Source: a virus
Lineage: Duplodnaviria; Caudoviricetes
DNA: 60,734 nucleotides
Virus record (IMG/VR): IMGVR_UViG_3300047558_000101
Span: 1 to 60,734 of that record
Direction: 5' to 3' (one strand)
Shown here: in pieces, positions 17,531 through 24,783 of the stretch
How positions within the stretch are numbered: position 1 is the first letter of the stretch
How the letters are laid out: every line of letters begins with the position of its first letter
The notes under the pieces: generated by a model
What the model was told of the DNA's origin: nothing
Seen by the model: the letters and a program-made list of their open reading frames with translations, nothing else
Database searches by the model: none
Translations under genes and position numbers: made by a program

Positions 17531-19362
17531 TGGATATTCTTACAATAGACATGGAAACCTACTACGACAAGGATTACTCTTTGTCGAAGATGCAGACAGA
17601 CGCATACATCAGCGACGACCTCTTTGAAGTCATCGGTGTGGCTGTCATTAAGAACGACGAAGATGCTGTGTGGTTCAGTGGCACAGAGCTGGAGGTCGCA
17701 GGGTGGTTGTATAGATACGACTGGGCCAACAGCGCTGTGCGCTGCCACAACACTTTGTTCGATGGGTACATCTTGACGCAACGCTTTGGCATATCGCCTA
17801 AGCTGTGGATGGACACCCTCGCACAAGGGCGCATGCTGTTGCCGTACTTGCAGTACCACTCGTTGGCCAACCTCGCCAAGCAATACAACCTGCCCGACAA
17901 AGGCACAGCGGTTGTGAAGGCGCTGGGCAAACGCCGTGAGGACTTTAATCCCATGGAATTAAACGAGTACGCCGAATACTGCAAACACGACACATGGCTG
18001 TGTAAAGAGTTGGGCAAACGCTTCGACCCCTACACACCTGCACTGGAGTTGAAGCTCATCGACATGACGGTGCGCATGTTCACTGAGCCGATGCTGGTGG
18101 GTGACCAAGCCAAGATGCAAGAGCTGTACGACCTAGAGATCGCACGCAAAGAAGAACTGTTGAAAGCCGCCAATGTAGATCGCACGATCATCATGTCCAA
18201 CGATAAGTTCGCTGCGAAGTTGATGGAGCTGGGTGTGACACCACCCACAAAGACAAGCAAAACCACTGGAAAGGAAACCTATGCCTTCGCAAAATCAGAC
18301 AAAGAATTCACCGACCTCTTGGAGTCCGATGATGCGGATGTACAGGCGCTGGTTGCAGCTCGTCTGGGTGTTAAAACAACCATTGCGGAAACGCGAGCGC
18401 TGAAGTTCTTAGAGACCGCCAAGCGTGGCCCGTTGCCTGTGTACCTCAATTTCTGGGGCGCTAAGACCACGGGGCGCTACTCTGGTGGCAATTCCATCAA
18501 CTGGCAAAACATCCCTGCGCGCGGCCCTTCAGCGGGCCTGCGTGATGCGCTGCTGGCACCGCTCGGACACACCGTGCTGGTGGGTGACTCATCCAACATT
18601 GAACTCCGCACAGTGATGGCGCTGGCTGGCCAAGACGATGTGTTGCTCAAGCTGCAAAACGGCGTTGACCTGTACTGTGACTTCGCATCGAAGTTGTTCG
18701 GGCGCACGATCACCAAGGCTGACAAGGGCGAGCGCTTCTTGGGTAAGACAGCGATGCTGGGCTTGCAGTACGGCGCTGGTGCCAAGCGATTCCAAGAGAT
18801 GGTTCGCCTTGCAAAACGCACAGACCCCACAGTGGAGCTGATCGACCTCGATCGTGCCTATGCCATCGTGGACTTGTACCGCTCGGTGCACTACAAGGTG
18901 GTGGAGTTGTGGAAGCGTTGCGACAAGGTGATCTTGCCTGACATCGCCAATGGATGCAGCATGCTCAATGTGGATGTGAACGGCTGGTTCATCACCCAGT
19001 GGGATGGCTTTGGTCGCCCCGGCGAGCCCGGTGTCATGTACAACGACCTGAAGTATGACGGCAACGAGTGGACATACCTGATGGGTAAACAGCGCGTGGG
19101 CATCCACGGCGCAAAAGTTGTAGAAAATTTATCGCAACATGCTGCAATGCGCATCGTTATGTGGCAAACTGCGCGTATCAATCAACGCTACCCAGTCAAA
19201 CTGTCCGTTCACGATGAGGCTGTCTGTGTGGTGAAGAATGATGAACTTGATGAAGCGCGTGCGTATATGGAAGAGTGCCTTGCAATGACACCCAAGTGGT
19301 GCCGCAGCATTCCCGTTGCGTGTGAAACTGGAGTAGGAGGGAGCTATGGAGATGCTAAGTAA
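17527..19362 (+). CDS. polA: Family A DNA polymerase with 3'-5' exonuclease domain
   Basis: IDMET exo I, HNTLFD, TTGRYSG, motif A DSSNIELR, motif B KTAMLGLQYG, motif C VHDE. Confidence 0.95.
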   Translation: MMDILTIDMETYYDKDYSLSKMQTDAYISDDLFEVIGVAVIKNDEDAVWFSGTELEVAGWLYRYDWANSAVRCHNTLFDGYILTQRFGISPKLWMDTLAQGRMLLPYLQYHSLANLAKQYNLPDKGTAVVKALGKRREDFNPMELNEYAEYCKHDTWLCKELGKRFDPYTPALELKLIDMTVRMFTEPMLVGDQAKMQELYDLEIARKEELLKAANVDRTIIMSNDKFAAKLMELGVTPPTKTSKTTGKETYAFAKSDKEFTDLLESDDADVQALVAARLGVKTTIAETRALKFLETAKRGPLPVYLNFWGAKTTGRYSGGNSINWQNIPARGPSAGLRDALLAPLGHTVLVGDSSNIELRTVMALAGQDDVLLKLQNGVDLYCDFASKLFGRTITKADKGERFLGKTAMLGLQYGAGAKRFQEMVRLAKRTDPTVELIDLDRAYAIVDLYRSVHYKVVELWKRCDKVILPDIANGCSMLNVDVNGWFITQWDGFGRPGEPGVMYNDLKYDGNEWTYLMGKQRVGIHGAKVVENLSQHAAMRIVMWQTARINQRYPVKLSVHDEAVCVVKNDELDEARAYMEECLAMTPKWCRSIPVACETGVGGSYGDAK

Positions 19363-19594
19363 TCGCATGCCGCAATGGGTTCGCGCTGAGTACCGGATAG
19401 ATTACAGAGACATGTGTAGTTACGCGGATGTTGGTGTGAAGGTTGCGGACGGATGGGTGCACTTGTTGCACCTACAACTCCAAGAGTACCAACAACACGA
19501 CCGAGTAATTAGAAAGACACGGCTCGAGGTTCTCCAAGAAGCGCACAAACACATCACAACCGAACTTGCAAAACTAACCTTGGAAGAAACATGA
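19346..19594 (+). CDS. Hypothetical protein
   Basis: Fills the gap, with an AGGAGG RBS. Confidence 0.6.
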   Translation: MEMLSNRMPQWVRAEYRIDYRDMCSYADVGVKVADGWVHLLHLQLQEYQQHDRVIRKTRLEVLQEAHKHITTELAKLTLEET

Positions 19595-20310
19595 CCCACC
19601 CAATGCCCCTGTCGTTCAGCCGACTGTCTACATTCGAGCAATGCCCTGCGCAGTTCGATTACCTGTATGTCTCCAAGCGTGTGCAGAACACGATGAACGA
19701 GGCGTCTGAGTATGGTGATCGTGTGCACAAGGTACTCGAGGCGTATGGCAATGCCATCGTGGCTGGTAGCGAGGCAACAGTTGCTGCTGTCGCACTGGAA
19801 GATACCCTTGAAGCGAAGCAGTCACTTGAGCGTTGGGGGCCACTGGTCGAGAAGATCACATCACGCAACGGCGACAAATACTTTGAGCACCAGATGTCTG
19901 TGAACCGCCAGCTGCAACCCGTTGATTGGTTTGCCAAAGATGTGTGGATTCGTTCGATTGCCGATGTGCTGGTTGTTGACGGCGACACTGCGTACTGCCT
20001 TGACTACAAGACGGGCAAGGTCAAAGAGAACCCCACCCAGTTGCAGTTGTTCGCAGCCATGGTGATGTGGCATTTCCCGCAGGTGACGAAGGTCAAGACA
20101 TCGTTCGTGTGGTTGAAGTTCGACCAAGTGACGAACGCTGTGTACGAGCGCCGATTCTTGGACGCACTGTGGCGTGCACTGGAGCCACGCTTTGACAAGG
20201 TGCAAGAGGTGATCGACCTCGGTGTGTTCGACACCAAGCCAAGCGGCCTGTGCCCTTGGTGCCCAGCGAAAGGGTTCTGCCCTGACGCACGATTGAAAGG
20301 TAAGAGATGA
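19591..20310 (+). CDS. PD-(D/E)XK nuclease (Cas4/RecB-like)
   Basis: SFSRLSTFEQCP, GDRVH, IAD...DYKTG, QLQLF and C-terminal CPWCP..C. Confidence 0.9.
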   Translation: MTHPMPLSFSRLSTFEQCPAQFDYLYVSKRVQNTMNEASEYGDRVHKVLEAYGNAIVAGSEATVAAVALEDTLEAKQSLERWGPLVEKITSRNGDKYFEHQMSVNRQLQPVDWFAKDVWIRSIADVLVVDGDTAYCLDYKTGKVKENPTQLQLFAAMVMWHFPQVTKVKTSFVWLKFDQVTNAVYERRFLDALWRALEPRFDKVQEVIDLGVFDTKPSGLCPWCPAKGFCPDARLKGKR

Positions 20311-20758
20311 CGCTAGGCTGGTTGCAATTCCACGGCAAGAATGCGAAGGGGTACAGAGTCGTGCACATCATCCCAAACGAAGACACCTTCGAGCATGAGC
20401 TGGATATTTGCTGCTGGTGCCAACCAGTGGTTGACGATGAAGATTTGAGTGTGGTTGTGCACAACTCGCATGACCAGCGTGAACTGTACGAAACAGGCAA
20501 AAGGAAATTGATGTGACTGATCGCTACTTATGTGATAACCGCCACTGTGATTGGATTGGCGATGAGAGTGAAATGTTGCGTGCGCCAGACCCGTTTAATG
20601 AGGGTGACATGTTGTACGCATGCCCTAAGTGTCGTGACCAGTCGCTTGTGCTGGCGTGCGACGAACCGGGTTGTAAGAAACAAGCAACATGCGGAACACC
20701 AACACCAGAAGGATACCGACGAGTTTGTGGCGACCACTGGAGGGAGTTAGATAAATGA
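20307..20758 (+). CDS. Two small Cys/His-rich proteins (20307-20516, 20513-20758)
   Basis: Coupled ORFs with CWCQP/HNS and multiple CxxC motifs. Confidence 0.6.
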
Positions 20759-21147
20759 AGAAAGATTTATGGCTTGAGCGTGGCTTGTTTGTTGGTGGGT
20801 ACCTTGCCTTCGTTACATCACAAGAGGAATTTGTCGAAGCGCTGAAAGACATTGAGTGTGATGACTACACAGACTTATTCGTCCCCAACGGATGGCCAGC
20901 ATGCACGCACAGCTTCGATAATGTAAAGGGCAGTGTTGCTTGTATCGTTGGGCTTGACTTGGAACGCTGCGCCGAAGAAGACCCCATCGACGTGGCGGCT
21001 CTGCTGGTGCATGAGGCGGTGCATGTGTGGCAGCACGCCGAGAAAAAGGCTGGCAAGCTTGGTTGCTTCGGTGACGAAGGTGAAGCGTACGCAATCCAAA
21101 ACATCAGCACGCGTCTAATGACTGCATATGTGGAGAAAACTAAATGA
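20755..21147 (+). CDS. Hypothetical protein with HExxH motif
   Basis: LLVHEAVH...EGEAY. Confidence 0.7.
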   Translation: MKKDLWLERGLFVGGYLAFVTSQEEFVEALKDIECDDYTDLFVPNGWPACTHSFDNVKGSVACIVGLDLERCAEEDPIDVAALLVHEAVHVWQHAEKKAGKLGCFGDEGEAYAIQNISTRLMTAYVEKTK

Positions 21148-21455
21148 AGAACGAAGGCGATGTTAAAAAGATTGTCAAGAAAACTCTCGCTGGTACTGAG
21201 CGTTGCTGGTGGTTTATGCCACCTGCTAACGGCTATGGTCGGGCTGGTATCCCTGACTTTGTTGGCTGGGTTAATGGCATGCCATTTGCTGTTGAAACTA
21301 AGTTTGGCAAAGGCGTCACAACTGCTAACCAAAACCGTGAGATCAACGATGCAACGCACGCGGGTGGCGAAGTCTGGATTGTCAGAGAAACAAACGTTGA
21401 CCAGTGGGTCATCGAGTTCAAAGCGTGGGTGGCGTTAAATGCTAGTGATTCCTGA
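21144..21455 (+). CDS. VRR-NUC domain nuclease / resolvase
   Basis: E..V, GIPDF, AVETK and Q motifs. Confidence 0.85.
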   Translation: MKNEGDVKKIVKKTLAGTERCWWFMPPANGYGRAGIPDFVGWVNGMPFAVETKFGKGVTTANQNREINDATHAGGEVWIVRETNVDQWVIEFKAWVALNASDS

Positions 21456-22992
21456 AAAGCGTAAGATCATCATCAACAGCACAGAGAACGCTGCTGTTGC
21501 GCAGTACATCCCTCACGCAAAGACATTCACACACAATGGTGAAGACCTCGTTGCGTTGCCCTACGGCGTTGATGAGTCGATGGTTCTGAAGAACCTCGGC
21601 TTCAGTGTGCCAGCACCGATCTTGCAGTATTACAACTGGCCCGGTCGCTTTACGCCGATGGATCACCAGAAAGAAACTGCGGCATTCTTGACCACGCATA
21701 AGCGTGCGTTGTGTCTCAACGCTCCGGGCACTGGTAAATCCATCAGCTCGATCTGGGCTGCTGACTTCTTGCTGGACGAAGGCATCGCACGCAAGGTGTT
21801 GATCGTCGCACCGCTATCGACTGTGAAGGTCGTGTGGGGTCGTGAGTTAAAGCATCACTTGCCGCACCGCTCGTTCGTGATTTGCACGGGTACCAAGCAA
21901 AAGCGCCTCGACCTGTTAAACACACCGGGTGTGCAGTATGTGATCATCAACCACGATGGCTTCACGAACATGCAAGCCGAGCTCAATGGTTTCGATGTGG
22001 TGATCTATGACGAGGCGACAGCGCTCAAGTCACCCAGCTCACAACGCTACAAGATATTTGCTAAGTGGATGCAGAAGCATCAGCCTTGGCTGTGGTTGCT
22101 GACGGGCACACCGATTTCGCAAACACCTGCTGACGCATGGACACTGGCACGCCTTGTTGATTCGCCCAATGTACCCAAGAGCTTCACCACATTCAAAGAC
22201 TTGGTGATGCAGAAGGTAACTACATTTCGCTGGATTCCACGCAACGATTCGTTGGAGACATGCAGACGTGTGTTGCAGCCTTCGATTCGTTTCTCGTTGG
22301 ACGAGTGTAAAGACTTGCCTGACACCAACTTTGTTGGTCGCAAGACCGAGCTGACCAAGCAACAAGTCAAAGCGTTTGCCGACATGAAGGACAAAGCAGT
22401 GACGGTGTTCGCTGCTGGTGAAGTGACTGCTGCCAACACGGCGGTGATGTTGAGTAAGCTGTTGCAGATTTGTTGCGGCGTTGTGTATGGTGATGACACT
22501 ACGATTGCCATCGACGCCTCGGAGCGTTATAATACGCTCACTGAATTACTCACTGAGATCGGTGACAAAGCAATCATTTTCGTGCCACTCAAAGGCGTGC
22601 AGAACTGGCTTCAACAGAAGCTGACTGCTGATGGTTTCGATGTTGCAATGGTCAATGGTGATACGAGCAAGAAAGATCGTGATCAGATATTCAATGACTT
22701 CCAACACACGGACAAGCCACAGATTCTGTTGGCACACCCAAAGGTTGCAGCTCATGGATTGACACTCACGAGAGCGAAGGACATCATTTGGTACGCACCT
22801 ATTTATTCACTTGAACAATATGAGCAAGCCAATGCACGAATTCGTCGGTTGACCACAACCGGCAAAACCTCCGTGTGGCACATCTGGGCCACGGGCTTTG
22901 AAGCAGAGTTGTACCGCAGACTCCGCGCAAAGAAAAACACACTTGCGGAATTTTTGAACTTAGTACAAGGCATCAACAGTGACGATGAGTAA
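21439..22992 (+). CDS. SNF2-like SF2 helicase
   Basis: PGTGKS, IYDEA, LLTGTP, HGLTL and QANARIRR motifs. Confidence 0.92.
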   Translation: MLVIPEKRKIIINSTENAAVAQYIPHAKTFTHNGEDLVALPYGVDESMVLKNLGFSVPAPILQYYNWPGRFTPMDHQKETAAFLTTHKRALCLNAPGTGKSISSIWAADFLLDEGIARKVLIVAPLSTVKVVWGRELKHHLPHRSFVICTGTKQKRLDLLNTPGVQYVIINHDGFTNMQAELNGFDVVIYDEATALKSPSSQRYKIFAKWMQKHQPWLWLLTGTPISQTPADAWTLARLVDSPNVPKSFTTFKDLVMQKVTTFRWIPRNDSLETCRRVLQPSIRFSLDECKDLPDTNFVGRKTELTKQQVKAFADMKDKAVTVFAAGEVTAANTAVMLSKLLQICCGVVYGDDTTIAIDASERYNTLTELLTEIGDKAIIFVPLKGVQNWLQQKLTADGFDVAMVNGDTSKKDRDQIFNDFQHTDKPQILLAHPKVAAHGLTLTRAKDIIWYAPIYSLEQYEQANARIRRLTTTGKTSVWHIWATGFEAELYRRLRAKKNTLAEFLNLVQGINSDDE

Positions 22993-23003
22993 AGGAGTCA
23001 AAC

Positions 23004-23396
23004 ATGAACTATGACATTGCAACAGAGCGGTACATTGCAGTCCGCAGTGAGATCGAAGCGTTAGAGCGTGAACACAAGGCAACCAAAGCAAAGTTAACAG
23101 AGAAACTGGTAGCGATTGAAAACTGGATTACTGCTAAGGCACAAGAAGATGGTTTAGAAACCGTCAAGACACCGTCCGGTACAGGGTACTGGTCAACACA
23201 TCACACAGCAACAGTGGGTTCTCGTGAAGAGTTCTTCCGCTTTTGCAAAGAGCATGATGCGTGGGATATGGTCGAGTCCCGTGCGTCAAAGACCGGAGTC
23301 AAGAGTTACATCGAGGCTAACGGCGCACCACCACCGGGGGTGAATTTTTCTTCGACTCGTGTTTTCAATTTGCGTAAAGCGCAAGCAAAGGACTAA
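23004..23396 (+). CDS. Coiled-coil replication-cluster protein
   Basis: 130 aa ending PPPGVN, typical of genes beside phage SSB genes. Confidence 0.7.
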   Translation: MNYDIATERYIAVRSEIEALEREHKATKAKLTEKLVAIENWITAKAQEDGLETVKTPSGTGYWSTHHTATVGSREEFFRFCKEHDAWDMVESRASKTGVKSYIEANGAPPPGVNFSSTRVFNLRKAQAKD

Positions 23397-23399
23397 TTT

Positions 23400-23801
23400 A
23401 TGAATGCGATAGAACAAATGTCTGAAGAAGACATCGTGAGCATGTTCATGGTGCACACAGCCCGTGTATGCCACGAGGTGAATCGTGCGTATTGCCAAGC
23501 GATTGGTGATGACAGCCAGCCCACATGGGAGGACGCACCTGACTGGCAAAAACAAAGCGCGTTGATGGGCGTTGATCTGCACATGCACAACGATGTTGGG
23601 CCTGAAGCCAGCCATGAAAGCTGGATGGCACAGAAGATTGCAGACGGGTGGGAGTACGGCTTGGTCAAAGACCCAGTGCTGAAGATTCACCCTTGCATCA
23701 AACCCTTTGCCGACCTGCCCAAAGAGCAGCAAATCAAAGACCACCTTTTCCGCGCAGTGGTTCACGCCATGCGCCCACCCAAAGCTCAAACACAGGAGTA
23801 A
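23400..23801 (+). CDS. RyR-domain protein
   Basis: SHESWMAQKIADGWEYG..KD...KIHPCIKPFADLP..QQIKD. Confidence 0.8.
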   Translation: MNAIEQMSEEDIVSMFMVHTARVCHEVNRAYCQAIGDDSQPTWEDAPDWQKQSALMGVDLHMHNDVGPEASHESWMAQKIADGWEYGLVKDPVLKIHPCIKPFADLPKEQQIKDHLFRAVVHAMRPPKAQTQE

Positions 23802-23804
23802 ACC

Positions 23805-24722
23805 ATGAGCAACACAATCGCAAACGTCCCAGCACACATTGCAGCGCGTATCGCTGCCCGTCAACAAGCAGGCACTAAGTCTGCCGTTGCATCAGCCATC
23901 GTCACTGACGGCTTAAACATCCCACGCATCAGCATCCGTGCTGGTCGCTATCGCCTGAACGAAGACGGCGTTGAGACAACCGTGGGCGTGACACTGGACA
24001 CCATCATCGTAGGTGCAAACCCTAGAGTGTCGAAAGTGTTCTACGGCAAAGCGTTCGATGCCTCTGCATCTGATGTGCGCCCTGACTGCTGGTCAAACGA
24101 TGGCTTGAAGCCCGATGCAAGCGTGCAGAACCCCGTGCACACTGGTTGCGCTGATTGCCCACACAATGTGCTCGGCTCAAAAATTCTGCCCTCTGGTGCC
24201 AAGTCAAAGATGTGTGCTGACCAACGCCACCTCGCTGTCGTTGCAGCTGCTGACCCCACCAAGGTGTACAGCCTGACCGTGCCTGTCTCTGGCATGAAAG
24301 CCTTACGCGAATATTTCAAAGAGCTGGGTAACTACGGCATCGGCCCTGAAGAAGTTGTAACCGAGTTGGGCTTTGATGACCAAGCCAGCTACCCCAAGAT
24401 CACATTCAAACAAAAAGGTTATGTGCCAGAAAAAGCAATCACACGCATCGACGAGTTGGTGTCGAGTGATGCAACCAAGGTCGCTACCCGCGTGTTAGCA
24501 CCATCTGGTGCCACAGCACTTGCTGCACCAGCTGCCAAGGCTGCGATTGCTGCGCCCACCCCTGCGCCAGCTCCTGCTGCCCCCGCTGTTGATGACGCCT
24601 ATGAAGAGGAGCCAGCACCAGCACCTGTGCAAGCAAAAGCTGCGCCAGCTAAACCAACTGTTGCCCCCGTGAAAGCATCGGATGAATTGGCTGCAAAGAT
24701 CGACAGCCTGTTCGACGAGTAA
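23805..24722 (+). CDS. Putative ssDNA-binding/annealing protein
   Basis: Replication-cluster position, Cys cluster, Pro/Ala linker and acidic-aromatic C-terminus (IDSLFDE). Confidence 0.65.
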   Translation: MSNTIANVPAHIAARIAARQQAGTKSAVASAIVTDGLNIPRISIRAGRYRLNEDGVETTVGVTLDTIIVGANPRVSKVFYGKAFDASASDVRPDCWSNDGLKPDASVQNPVHTGCADCPHNVLGSKILPSGAKSKMCADQRHLAVVAAADPTKVYSLTVPVSGMKALREYFKELGNYGIGPEEVVTELGFDDQASYPKITFKQKGYVPEKAITRIDELVSSDATKVATRVLAPSGATALAAPAAKAAIAAPTPAPAPAAPAVDDAYEEEPAPAPVQAKAAPAKPTVAPVKASDELAAKIDSLFDE

Positions 24723-24742
24723 TAGAATCTCGGCATAAGGTT

Positions 24743-24767
24743 CCCTCGGCTAAGGCCGAGGGTTTTT
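24743..24767 (+). terminator. Rho-independent terminator
   Basis: CCCTCGGC-TAAG-GCCGAGGG-TTTTT. Confidence 0.8.
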
Positions 24768-24783
24768 CATCTAGGGGCATGAT

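Larger units (their letters stand above)
262..17961. repeat. Dispersed 16-bp near-palindromic element TAATCC-CAYG-GRATTA, 13 copies
   Basis: Copies start at 262 (reverse orientation, TAATTCTGTGGGATTA), 1144, 1829, 2125, 3347, 3819, 5329, 6795, 8542, 8950 (CAAG centre), 10476, 12323 (AAATCC left arm) and 17946. None seen beyond 18 kb by eye. Confidence 0.95.

Noticed and set aside
262-17961. The 16-bp palindromes as a CRISPR array
   Set aside because: Spacing is 0.3-5.6 kb and irregular, with whole genes in between. The only Cas4-like gene is a normal phage replication nuclease.
17527-19362. Intron or intein in the polymerase or terminase
   Set aside because: Both ORFs are continuous and of ordinary length. 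The neighbouring endonucleases are free-standing.
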